A stretch of DNA of 64,000 bases from the human T2T-CHM13v2.0 reference genome, Homo sapiens. Under the pieces are notes generated by a model, which did not search any database, was not told the origin of the DNA, and saw only the letters and a list, made by a program, of their open reading frames with translations. A program made the translations under genes and the position numbers. Location of the stretch: NCBI RefSeq assembly GCF_009914755.1, contig NC_060944.1; one strand, given 5' to 3'. Shown here in pieces: positions 1-20,168 of this stretch; positions within the stretch are counted from its first letter, which is position 1; the number at the start of each line of letters is the position of its first letter.

Positions 1-2055
<2,055 letters not shown>

Positions 2056-2188
2056 TTACAATAAAACTAAATGTGTATACACACAAAGGAAATGGAGGAC
2101 ATTCAGGGGCTGGGATGAAGGGTACAGAAGAAAGGCCAGGAGATACGGCCCTTCCATTTGACAGTAAATAGACTAATTAAAAAATATT

Positions 2189-2341
2189 TATGTAGTATAT
2201 ATTAGGTGCAAGGCACCAGAGTTCATTTGAAGTGGAAGATATCACCAGAAGGTAGGGCAGATTTTAGAAATAACTAACAGAAGGTACATTAGGTTTTAGA
2301 AGGGACACCAAGCATCTTCCCCAGCAATGTTCTAGTCTGAG
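2189..2341 (+). repeat. 153-bp direct repeat, copy 2
   Basis: Single G/T difference from 417-569. Confidence 0.95.
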
Positions 2342-2372
2342 ACCATTGTGAGTCTACAAACTGTTTCTATGA

Positions 2373-6343
<3,971 letters not shown>

Positions 6344-7364
6344 TCCAATTCTACTTTTAATCCTGCATTTCAAAATTTACTTACTATTTCAAAATTTTTG
6401 GCACTCTGTGGGAACGCAACAAATACGTGCAGAATATAGTAAGTGATTTAGTTTAGTTATTGTTCCTCTGGAAAAAACTGGCTTGCAGTAAATGACATTA
6501 TTTTTCCCATACTGTTAAGGTGATGCTCACTGCAGAACTCTCTAAACAGATCTGCAGACTCTTTGGCCTGTTTCTAACACTACCGGTGTTTCCCAGAGGA
6601 GGATGCTGTCCCAACGTGGATTTCGGCTGCTGTTTTTTTCAGGCCCCAACACCACCCTCCTCAACCCCACAGCCTAGTGATTAAATGTCAGTGGCAGATG
6701 GAGAAAGCACTCCCACGTGTGCCACTCTGACAAATACTTTATTCCAACTAAATGTATAGGCTCTCACTGTGACATAAAAAGGGAAGAGGAAACAGAAAAT
6801 TCAAGTGAGCTAAAGATGTATGAATTACAGAGTGAGATCAACTGCTAGACGACACAGGGAGGGAGTTAGCAGCGTCTCCACTGAAAGACAAATTCACAGA
6901 CATCCTGTTTATTTCCGAAAGAGAAACATCATAGAGCTATTCTTGGGATGTTCAGGAAAAGATTAAAATAAATGCCTATTATCTATTGTATTTCGAGATA
7001 AACTTTATAGATTTAGAGCAGGACACACATTTCTGGACTTGAGAACGCTGTATCTGGCTTGGAATAAAAGCCCACATTTCATCTAGAGGTAGAATGTATG
7101 TCATTCTAATCTCCCTCAATCCTTTCTTCTCCAATTTCTTTATTGCCCCACTTACAAGATAGTGCACTATTATTCCAAAGCTGATACCTTCCAAATTCCT
7201 TTATAGTAGAGGTCTTGGCTATCATAACCATGATGGAACGAATGACCGTCCTACAGCTGGCTGCAAAATATAAGACTGCTATAAATAAATCCCTGATGCC
7301 TGAAAAGTAATTCATTCAACAAAGGAAGATAGGTATGACTTTGGCCTACTCTTCATTAGAACGC

Positions 7365-7498
7365 TTATTTTTATTTATTTATTTATTTATTTATAAAGAG
7401 GGCAAAGCAGACTTTATTTGAGGGGCACCACAGCAATAGGTATAGCAACAACTGCAACAGGGTTTTGTAGTCAGGGAGGGAGATCAGACTCAACTCCC
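7365..7498 (-). mobile_element. Polyadenylated MER4-group (MER31/MER67-like) LTR fragment
   Basis: LTR-like segment, then AATAAA (7418-7413), then an (AAAT)n tail, with a degenerate TSD. Confidence 0.55.
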
Positions 7499-9084
7499 TA
7501 AAATGCTAATTTTAACAATGGGACACTTTATCTGAACTGTGGTTCTTAATGGTTCAGATAAAGATGACACAACCCACTATTGGCTTAAACTTCTCCCAAC
7601 TCTGGCTACAGAATCCAGGTAAAGATTTCTGCCCCCTCAGAGTAATAGGCATGTCCAAAATCACCTGGATTAGGGCACTTAATACACTGGGAAGGGACGA
7701 TAACAACTAAAGATGACCACTATCCATGCCTCCTCTAAAAGTTTTTTCATATATTTTTTCATATCACCAAAACAAATACTAACTTGGATCAACTAATTTA
7801 TATAATGGAATCTCGTGTGAGCGTACAAAATTCCATACTGATTATTTGGTTTAAGCCTGCATTATCATAAAGGCTTTACAGTCTTTAAACTGAAATTAAG
7901 CTCAAATTAAGAAATGCTAGTCTTAAAACAATGGAAGGGGGGGGCCGTTTTGTGTGGAGGGAGGGAGACAGACATACCCCTACACCCACCCACAACTACT
8001 GATATTGACATTGGAAATTAACTTGAAAATTTATGCCTGTAGTCCCAGCTACTCAGGAGGCTGAGGTGGGAGGAGCACTTAAGTCCAGGAGTTGGGAGAT
8101 GACAGTGAGCTTTGACTGTGACACTGCACTCCAACCCGGGTGACAGGGCAAGATCCCATCTCTCAAAAAAAAAAAAAAATGCTTTAACTCGACGTCTGTA
8201 CCAGAAGACCACAGCAGGAGAGGAAAACCTTATTTCAGTCTGGGTAAGAGTTCTATTAAACACAAAATAAAACAAACTAGCCTCTGTTTCTGGAGGTCTT
8301 CATTAGTAGTTTCTACAAAACAGTATCCAAATTAGCAAAGATTCTGTTAACTACCTGGAAAAAGCAGGTACCAAGAAAGAATGTTTCACTACAATGGAAA
8401 AAAACAGTCTAGTAAGTAAACCAATCTGACTATAAACGCTACAAAAGAGGGATTCTAGCATTAGTAACTTTGCCAACAATACTCTGATATGATTAAAAAA
8501 CAAAACAATAACAAAAACAAAAAACCTCATCTTTAAATTTGTCCCATTCATCCAGAGAAGCAAAATCAAGGAAACTAGAGGGGGTAAAGTCTTGCAACAG
8601 ATACACAGCTGCACTGCCAACAGGTCACAAGACCCATGCTGCCTAGGGCATTGACTGTTATGCCATGAGGACAGACATCACACAAACACCAGTAATTAAA
8701 GGGTTACGGTGCCAAAGGGTTCAGAGCTCCACTTCCATTCAGTATCAGAACATAAGAAAAAGGGAAAAACAGAAAATGAGCCCAAATAAAATATAAAATA
8801 AAATATAGATACCAGGAGCTTCCTCAAAATATGTGGGTTGTATTAATAACGTGTTTGGCTCTGTTACGGGCACCATCCATCAGAGGACTGGAAATAGGGA
8901 AAGTCACCTTAGTCTTCCTCAAGGAAAAAAGATTATTTAACTTGGTTCACGGTGTACATTCATAATTTTAACTGTCATGTATTTATTGAATGAAAAACAT
9001 TTGAGAACATCATGTGCAACAAAAACATGATTTCACAGAAATTGTCCAAACTAAAAGAGTATAAAAATAGAAGCGCTTTTTATA

Positions 9085-9389
9085 CAATTATTTACTTATT
9101 ATTATTATTGAGATAGGGTCTCCATCTGTCACCCAGGCCGGAGTGCAGTGGCGCAATCATAGAGTAGCCTCTAAGTCCTGGGCTCAAGCGATCCTCCTGC
9201 CTCAGCCTCCAGAGTCGTTGGGATCACAGGCTCGAGCCTCCACACCCGACTAACTTTTAAAAACTTTTTGTAGAGATGAGGCCTCGCTGTGTTTCCCAGC
9301 CTGATCTCGAAATCCTGGCCTCAATCGATCCTCCAACCATGGCCTCCCAAAGCGCTGGGATTACAGGCGCGAGCCATGGTGCCCGGCCG
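9085..9389 (-). mobile_element. AluJ-type element at the CpG island edge
   Basis: AluJ-like diagnostic sequence (ctcaagcgatcctcctgcctcagcc) with many CpGs. Confidence 0.85.
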
Positions 9390-9429
9390 CTTTTACACAA
9401 TTGAAAAACATTAAAATAGGTGGCAGAAG

Positions 9430-9612
9430 ACAGACAGAAAGTCGATTCGTGGTTGCCAGGCGTCGTGAATACCGGGGAACGCGGAGTGCCTATTAATGGG
9501 TAAGGGTTTCGTTTTGGAATCAGACAGCGGCGATGGCTGCACAACTTTGTGAATTTTCTAAGAATCACTGAACTGTGCACCTTAAAGGAAGAACTGTGTG
9601 GTAATTACATCG
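9430..9612 (+). mobile_element. L1M 3'-end fragment
   Basis: gtggttgccagg...gatggctgcacaactttgtgaat...cactgaactgtgcacc matches old L1 3' UTR motifs. Confidence 0.65.
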
Positions 9613-10440
9613 GCGGTACGCGGGCAGCGCGTCAATCAAGCCGGCGACGGTGAATGCAGTTCGGGAGAGCTGATACCCCTCGGGGAGGCGGCTCCGGGAG
9701 CCTGCGGACGTGGCGGACGCCTGGGACGGGGTGGGCCTGGCCTCCGCGCTCGAGGAGTCCCAGTCCTCTCCAGATGGAAGAAAGCCGGGGCGCGAAGCCG
9801 CCGCCCGCTCTTCTGCCTGGGGACGCGACTCTGCCGCCAGGCTCCCTCGGGTCAGCTCGGCACCCGCCCGAGCCCCCCCAGTTCCAGGCCCTCTCCTCAT
9901 CAGACGTGCCCTGGGCCCTCAGCCTGTTCCTCTCGCCGCCCGGAACCCCGCAGCAGCCCCGGGTCCCCAGCCCGCGCCCCTCCGGCGCCGCCTCCGCCAG
10001 CTGCCCCTGCCCCCCGGGCGGCCCTCGCAGGCCGCTCCCGGCGCCCCGGTCGGCTTCCGTACCTGCCTTCTCCGCGCCGCCGTCCCAGTGGCCGGAGGTG
10101 GGGCCGTCGCCCTGCGCACTCCGGAGGGCCATGCCCCGGGGCCCCGGGCCCCCACCCGAGCCCCGGCTGGTGGCGGAGCCGGGAGAAGACGCGGCTCCGA
10201 CCGCGGGACGTAGCACCCGCTCGGCATCGGCAGGCTCCCCTCCGTCGGCCAGCGGCGCGCAGGCGCGCAGGCGCCCCGCTGGCCCCGCCCCGCGCCGGCA
10301 CGTGACCCTGCGCTACGCCCGGCCGGCGGCGGGGGAGGCTGCGGAAAGAGCGCGGTGAGCGCTCTGAGGAGTTGGCTTCGTCTGCGCTGTAGACTCTACG
10401 GTGTAGAGTGTGGCGCTCTTGAGCGAGTGTGCTCGAGACC
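9450..10440 (-). promoter_or_regulatory. TBC1D20: CpG island / TBC1D20 promoter with GC box, tandem NRF1-like sites and E-box
   Basis: Very high GC and CpG density; CCCCGCCCC 10283-10291; GCGCAGGCGC at 10257-10266 and 10265-10274; CACGTG 10299-10304. Confidence 0.9.
10063..10132 (-). CDS. TBC1D20: TBC1D20 coding exon 1 (Rab1/Rab2 GAP, TBC domain family); the rest of the gene lies left of the window
   Basis: ATG at 10132 reads MALRSAQGDGPTSGHWDGGAEKA plus 1 nt, the recognised TBC1D20 N-terminus; donor CAG|GTACGG with GT at 10062-10061; lies in a CpG island. Confidence 0.95.
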
Positions 10441-10684
10441 AGCTGTCGTTTCCTTTGCTTCTTTCATCTGTAAAATAGTATTGATGATAATAAAAATATT
10501 GAACTCACAAGGTTATTGAGAGTGTTTAGAACATCACCAAGCATATAGTAAATACTCCACAATTATGACCAATTTTTGCTTACCAAGGATTATTTTTTTA
10601 CCTCCTGTCTCGTCTCCCCACACGAACTCCTGTCATCAGTTCTTGGGTACTTGGGGATCTAGCAGGTTCATGTCATACGGGTCC

Positions 10685-10770
10685 GCAGGTTATGCACTGC
10701 ACAAGGCCTGGGAGCGCCATTTACGTAGACGTTCACGTGAACCGTGCCCCCTTAAGTTGTGCGAAATAGT
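10685..10770. mobile_element. MER91-like palindromic hAT-Tip100 remnant
   Basis: gttatgcactgcacaa...gcgccatttac...gtgaa..gtgccccc..agttgtgc imperfect inverted structure. Confidence 0.4.
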
Positions 10771-11023
10771 GGCCACTCATCTAAAGCAGCGCTCTGGCTT
10801 ATCAGGTCTGATTTCCTTCTCGTCTTCAGTGATATTCCTTTCTTTCCAATTAGACATCCATTCCCTTGGTTATATCCCTGGTATTGTGATTGTGGCCTCC
10901 CGAATTTCTAGTGCTAGGTCTTCATGCTGAAGTTCCCATAATTCCAGTTGCTTGATGACTCTCTTCCACCTCCCACCCGCAACCACAACAGTTCTTTATT
11001 ATCCTGAGACCTCCAGCCCATGA

Positions 11024-13910
<2,887 letters not shown>

Positions 13911-13929
13911 TCACTTCAGTTATTTCTAA

Positions 13930-14357
13930 GGTAATTTAAAAAAGATTTTAATTGTACTTACCTTCATTCAATTTCCAGTGCTCTTAATTTCATTGTGTAG
14001 ACCCAGGTTTTTTTCTGGTATCATATTCCTTTTGCCTGAAAAACTTCCTTTAGTATCTTGTAGAAGGAGCAATGAATTCCGTTTTTCTTTATCTGAAACA
14101 GGGTTTATTTCTCCTTTATTTTGAAAGACACTTTCATTTGGGTATAGGATTCCGGAATTTTGGGTGAGCAGTTTTTGTGTGTGTATGTGTTTTTCCCCTA
14201 TCAGCATCAGCAATAAGGTCACTCCATTGGCTTCTAGCTTGCATAGTTTCTGACGTCTCCATAATTCTTAGCTTCCTCTGTATGCAATGTCTTCTTTTTC
14301 CTTGCTGCCTTTAAGATTTTCTTTTGTTTTAGCATTTCGAGTATATCTAATTTTATA

Positions 14358-14413
<56 letters not shown>

Positions 14414-15410
14414 TTTATTCTGCATGTTCTCTGAGCTTCTTGGATTTTGTGGTTTGCTCTGTCCTTAATGTTGAAAAGTTCTCAGCCTTTAATTCTTCAA
14501 ATGTTTCTTTTCCTGTTCTCTCTCCTTTCTTCTGGGAATCTAACTATAATATGTTTGAGTGTTTGATATTGTCCCACAACTCTTGGATGTTCTCTTTTGA
14601 CGGTTTTTTTTCCCTTCACCCTTTTTCCCCAGTGTTTCAGTTTGAATAATTTCTCTTGACCTATCTTTGAGTTCATTCATTCTCTCCTTGGCTGTGTCAA
14701 ATCCACTGACGAGCTCCATGAGGCACTCTTCATCTCTGCATCTCTGTTAGTGTGTTTCTTTTTTTTTTTTTTTTTTGAGACAGAGTCTCGCTCTGTCCTC
14801 CAGGCGTGCAGTGGCGCAATCTCGGCTCACTGCAAGCTCTGCCTCCCGGGTTCACACCATTCTCCTGCCTCAGCCTCCTGAGTAGGTGGGACTACAGGCT
14901 CCCGCCACCATGCCCGGCTGATTTTTTGTATTTTTAGTAGAGACGGGGTTTCACCGCGTTAGCCAGGATGGTCTCAATCTCCTGACCTCGTGATCTGCCC
15001 GCCTCGGCCTCCCAAAGTGCTGGAATTACAGGCGTGAGCCACCGCACCTGGCCATTAGTGTGTTTCTTATTTTGACCAGTTCCATTTGGTTCTCATAGCT
15101 TCCATCTCTCTACTGAGATTGCACTTTTGATCTTGCATATTGTCTACTTTTACTGTTAGACCTTTTACCATATTAGTTATTTGAAATTCTGTATCACATA
15201 GCTCTGACATCTGTGTTTGGTTCTGAAGATTGCTTTGTCTCTTGGGAGTATGTCATTTATCTCTTGCTTCATAAGTGTTGGTGAAAGTTGGACATCTTGT
15301 GTAGGATAGTAGAGGCCCAGGGAAATGGGTTTTGTGTAGAAATGGGCACACTTTTCCTTCTGTTAGGTCTTTAGCGTGGGGGTTTGAATTAACCTAGTTA
15401 GGAGTTGTGA
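13930..15410 (-). mobile_element. Old L1M fragment (ORF1 region), interrupted by an AluY (14759-15053, TSD TTAGTGTGTTTCTT); probably continues after 20762
   Basis: Translations QKKILKAARKK and LYPNESVFQNKGEINPVSDK resemble L1 ORF1p KEKILKAAREK and LYPAKLSFKNEGEIKTFSDK. Confidence 0.7.
14356..14410. repeat. (TG)n(TA)n compound microsatellite
   Basis: Seen directly. Confidence 0.95.
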
Positions 15411-15595
15411 TAGGCTGGGTGGGTGGCTCATGCCTGTATTCCCAGCACTTTGGGAGGCCAAGGCAGGAAGATTGCTTGAACACAGGAGTTTGAGATCAGC
15501 CTGGACAACATAGTGAAACCCCATCTCTACAAAAAAAATAAAAATTATCTAGGCATTTTTGGTGCATGCCTGTTGTCCTAGCTACTGGGAAGGCT

Positions 15596-16064
15596 TGCCG
15601 AGTCTGTCCTGCAGACTCTGCCCAAGCGACGGATGAAAGGAGTACTCAGATACAGATATCCAGTGAAAGAGCAGGATAGGGGACTGCCAGCACTAGGGGC
15701 CGAAGAGAATTAGCAGTTCCCCTAAGCCGGCAGCCCTCGCATTTGTTTAGTACAGATTTAATGACAAAGGCTTGGAGCAAACACAATTTGTGGGTAATAA
15801 ACATTGTTGACCCCCCGAGTAGAGAGCAGTCCTGCATGCAAATGATTAAAGGTTGGTTTCTGGAGACAGGAGTAGACAAATTTATCTAGATAAGTTTCTT
15901 TACATTCCCTTGTTATCTGCCCTTTGCTCTCAGGCTCCAGATGAGACAATTTGGCTGCCTTCAGCCATAATTTCCTTCCAAAGCTTTTGTAAAACCTCCT
16001 GGCCTTTCAAGAAGGTTTGTGTCTTTACTATAATTTCTCCCACCACCCTGACCAATCTCCTACA
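15596..16064 (-). repeat. 3' LTR (LTR22 family)
   Basis: Direct repeat of the 5' LTR, preceded by polypurine tract AGAAAAGGGGGAGA (16065-16078). Confidence 0.9.
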
Positions 16065-16079
16065 TCTCCCCCTTTTCTG

Positions 16080-16660
16080 TTTTTTGCATCAGCTTTTGTT
16101 AATTGAAGAGTACAGATGTGCAGCAACAGGTTTTTCAGGTGTAGTGGTCACTGCTTGTATTTCGGCTTTGCATCCTAGAATTAGTAAATAACATAAGATA
16201 AACGTGAATATAATCAGTAACATTCTTTTCCAATCAAGGAGTGACATGTAGTGTTACTTGCCACCTCAGTTCAGTGTGTGCCCTTACTAAGGAACCCCAC
16301 TGGGGGTATGTTAACCCCTTCCAGCCAAGCAGTTACGTTATTAGAGGCTGGGAAGGGGGTGTCCACCCAGGTAATAGGGTGGAAGAAAAGCAGATTTAGA
16401 AGATGGGCCCAATAGAGTGTAGCAGGTACTGGTTGCAGGCAGAGTGAGGGAATTAAACAAGGTTAATAAAGCATAGTAAGGAATAAATTATCTGGAGTGA
16501 ATGGTGTTTGTGTCCAGAGCAGGATTCGTTCAGCCTCCTGAGTTGTCTTCTTCAGCATCCCCCAGGTAATGTCTGGGGCTTGTGTCGTCTGAGGAAGCTG
16601 CATCATCCAGGGCTGTGGGTCCTGCAGGGACATTTCCTTCATTTCTGGTACCAGGTTGGG
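16080..16660 (-). pseudogene. env: HML-5 env remnant with most of SU/TM deleted
   Basis: Betaretroviral env leader-like TWGMLKKTTQEAERILL; only about 0.6 kb between the IN end and the polypurine tract. Confidence 0.7.
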
Positions 16661-16676
16661 TCCTAGCCACACCATG

Positions 16677-19170
16677 TTAAGGTTTGATGCGTTGTGCTGG
16701 AATCCAAAGAGGACCTGAGGTGATGTGAACACAACCATATCCTCTTCCCCATGTTGGCAACTCATTTGGACCACACCATACATTACTGTTTACATCTTTC
16801 CATAAAACTGTGGGTTTTATGTCTTGAGAGGTTTTAGCAAAGTGCTTTTCTATAGCTGATTGAAATTTATCATTTAAATTTAAGAAATTAAGGGTAAATA
16901 AGGCTTTTGCTAGTAGTGTTGCAGGGTCCTTACTCATACTCCCCCTTTTTTGTTTTTTGAGCATATTTTTAAGAGTGGACACGTTCTACTATGGCCTGTC
17001 CTTGGGGGTTATACGGGATGCCTGTGGAATGCTGGATGTTCCACGTGTGACAAAATTGTTGAAATTGTGAGCTGGCATGAGCCAGACCATTATCAGTTTT
17101 AATTTTTGTGGGCCGCCCCATAAATGCAAAAGTTAAGAGAAGAGTTTAATAACATATCAGGTGGACTTTCCAGGAAGAGCATTGTGCTAATTAGGTGAGA
17201 ATAGGTATCAATGGATACTTGTACATATCTTAGTTTTCCAAATTCAGGGACGTGAGTAACATCTGTTTGCCATAACTGATTAGGTTCTAGTCCTCTAGGG
17301 TTAACGCCTGTTGAAGGAGGGGACATGCCTGTGAGCTGGCAATCCGGGCATTGCAGGATAATTTGTTTAGCTAGTCTTTGGGTAAGTTGAAATTGTTCAG
17401 TTAAGTTCCTTCAATTTTGGTGGAAAAATTGACGCAACTGCATGGCTTGGTGAAGCAGTGACATCATAACTTGCAGGTCTGCTTGTTCATTGCCATAAGC
17501 CAGTGGGCCAGGCAGTGAGCTGTGGGCTCGAATATGTGTGATAAAAATAGGATGTGTACGTTGATCCAGCAATTGCTGAAGTTGAAGAAAAAGTGCACAC
17601 AGGGTGAGCTTGAGAGTGGACTTAATGAGGGCTGTTTTAAGGTTTTGCAATAAATAAACAGAGTAAGCAGAGTCACTAATATTGATAGGCAGAGTGGAAA
17701 AGTTCTCCAGGGGCAATATTAAGGCTCCAACCTCAGCTCTCTGAGTGCTAGTAAATCCAGAATGAGTGAGGAAATTATGCAGTCTCCACCAAATAGGCGC
17801 TTTTCTGTTTTTACCAGAGCCATCAGTAAAAAGTGTTAAAGTGTTGGGGTATGGGGGAGTGAACTACTTTTGTAGGCACAACTACAGGAGTACGAGATAA
17901 GAACTGAATTACGTTGTCAGCAGGAAGGGCATGCTCTATATGGCCTGTGTAATCAGAGATTGCTATCTGAAGATCTAGAGATAGGGGCAATACTGATCCA
18001 AATTGCCTTTTACTCAAAGGAATTCTTATGACATCATAACCTAGCAACTGATTGCACTATCTGCGGCCTGTATAGATGACTTTACTAACTAGCTGGATAT
18101 AGGAAGATAGTGTTTTAGTCTCGGTATGTGAGCAAAAAACCCATTCTAGGAAGCGTAGTCCTGGGGTCATCTCTCCTATTAATACTGTTGGGGAATGTTT
18201 AGTAGGAAAAACAAACAATTGAACTGACTATCGGGGTGTCTATGTGATATAGTTGCCTCTGAGAAATAGCTTGCTCTATTTCCTCAATTTCCCTTTTTGC
18301 TGCAGGAGTCAAATACCTGGGAGAGTCTAGGGCTGTATTGCCCTTTAGGATAGAAAACAGTTTTGTAACTTATCAGTAGTTATGCCCAACGTGGGGTGAA
18401 GTCAATTAATATTGCCCAGTAACTTTTGATAATCATTTAAGGTGTGTAAATCGCTAGTATTTAACCTTTTGAGGTCTTACTGACCAGAAGTTAGTATGTA
18501 TCCAAGATATTTCCAATTGTACTTTTTCAGGTGCTATGATTAAACCTCTTAACTGTGTATTCTTTATGACAGAGGCATATAAACTTAAAAGCACTGGCTC
18601 TGTTGGGGCTGCTAGGAAAATATCATCCATAAAATGAATAATCTTGCAACTAGGAAATTCTTTTCTACTGGGGAGCAAAGCCTGATTTACATGATACTGA
18701 CACATGGTAGGACTGAACAGCATCCCTTGAGGAAGTACTTTCCAATGAAATCAGCGAGCTGGCCTCTCATTACTGATAACTGGTATTGTAAATGCCAATT
18801 TTTCTCTGTCCTGTTCTACAAGGGGAATAGTATAAAAGCAGTCCTTTAAGTCAATAATGACTATAGGCCAATCTTGAGGAATCGCCTCAAAGGGGAAGGG
18901 ACGTCCCGTTGAAGGGGCCCCATAGGTTGCAAATTAGCATTGATAGCCTGTAAGTCATGCAAAAGTCTCCATTTGCCAGACCTTTTGGGAATGATGAAAA
19001 TGGGCGAATTCCAAGGGCTGTTTGACAGTTCTATATGGCCAGCTTTTAATTGTTCTTCCACTAATTCATGGGCTTTTTGTAATTTCTCTCTCTTTAAAGG
19101 CTACTGTTTTACCCAAATAGGATTTTGAGAGAGCCATGTCAGGGGTAGGGGAGGAATAACAGTGGCCATT
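16677..19170 (-). pseudogene. pol: HML-5 pol remnant (RT-RNaseH-IN) with stops and frameshifts
   Basis: [88 protein letters not shown]. Confidence 0.9.
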
Positions 19171-19184
19171 ATTAGAAAGGTTTG

Positions 19185-20002
19185 CTGTTCACACAATTTA
19201 TCAAATTCTGCCCTCCAGAGGAGGTACTGACTGGCCTTTAAAGTTGTTTTAGCTAGCACTGACCAGTCCCATGGGGTGATATGGAAGTTGTCTGCTATGG
19301 TTTCAATTATTCCTTTTGTAAATGGGCTAGTGGCTCCGTTTAATGCTTTTTCTTACCACTTTATAAGCGTCAAAAGAAGTTGTCTGCTATGGCTTCAATT
19401 ATTCCTTTCATAAATGGGCTAGCAGCTCCATTTTCTTTAACGTTTTTTTCTTATCTCTTTATAAGCGTCAAAAGAAATGGGTTCATATACCTGATCGCCT
19501 TGTCGATCTTGCATTACTGGGCAGGCTAAGAGCTCCCCTTCTGATGCCGCTTGGCTAAGACAGGGTCCCAAAGCTGTAGTGTATCCCTTGTCTTTTTCCA
19601 ATTTATTGGAGGAGGGGGCTCAGGCAAAACCTCTGTTTCCTCTTTGTTATTTTTGCCTGTTAATGGCTGGGCTGAGGGAGAAGGAGGAGACGGTAGGGTA
19701 GGTGACGATTCCATCTCCCTTACTTTTTTAGGCTTTTCTGTGTAGAGTGGGACCAAAGCAGTCCTAACTAAAGCCCATAACGTTAAAGATGTTACTGAGA
19801 CCCATTGCCCTTGCTCATGATGTTAAAATTTCTTCCCAGAGCTCTACGTCTAGTGTACCTTCTTCCGAGAGCCATGGGTTATGGGAAACAACAGTTTGCA
19901 TTAGGTCCCATAATTGAGCCTGTCTGAGGCTCTGCTAACTTTCAGCATTTGTTTTACTACTTTTATATACTGTTGCTGTTGAGCTGACAACTGTTGTCCC
20001 AT
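19185..20002 (-). pseudogene. gag: HML-5 gag remnant (MA to N-terminal CA), frameshifted and truncated
   Basis: MGQQLSAQQQQYIKVVKQMLK at 20002; proline-rich EPPPP; ends YLLWRAEFDKLCEQQ at a deletion junction. Confidence 0.8.
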
Positions 20003-20148
20003 GATGACAACTGTCATCCCATGATGATCGTCCCTAGCTTGAGCAATTCCTTTGAACTTGGAAATGCTGAACAGGCACCAATGACTTACTGACTGCGCAG
20101 TCTCTTCACCTTCATTTTCGAGGGTTCCGTCGTGATCTGTTGCAGCAT

Positions 20149-20168
20149 TCCTCACACAGGGAATCACC
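20149..20168 (-). promoter_or_regulatory. Retroviral primer-binding site, elongator tRNA-Met-like
   Basis: GGTGATTCCCTGTGTGAGGA directly after the 5' LTR resembles TGGTGCCCCGTGTGAGGA, the complement of the tRNA-Met 3' end; a Met PBS is characteristic of HML-5. Confidence 0.7.

Noticed and set aside
9565-10358. Several 100-235 aa ORFs on both strands
   Set aside because: Stop-poor GC-rich CpG island giving low-complexity Pro/Arg/Ala/Gly translations; only 10063-10132 is supported as coding (the uoORF is treated separately).
10393-10425. Small hairpins upstream of the promoter
   Set aside because: 7-bp stems or shorter; no RNA-gene hallmarks.
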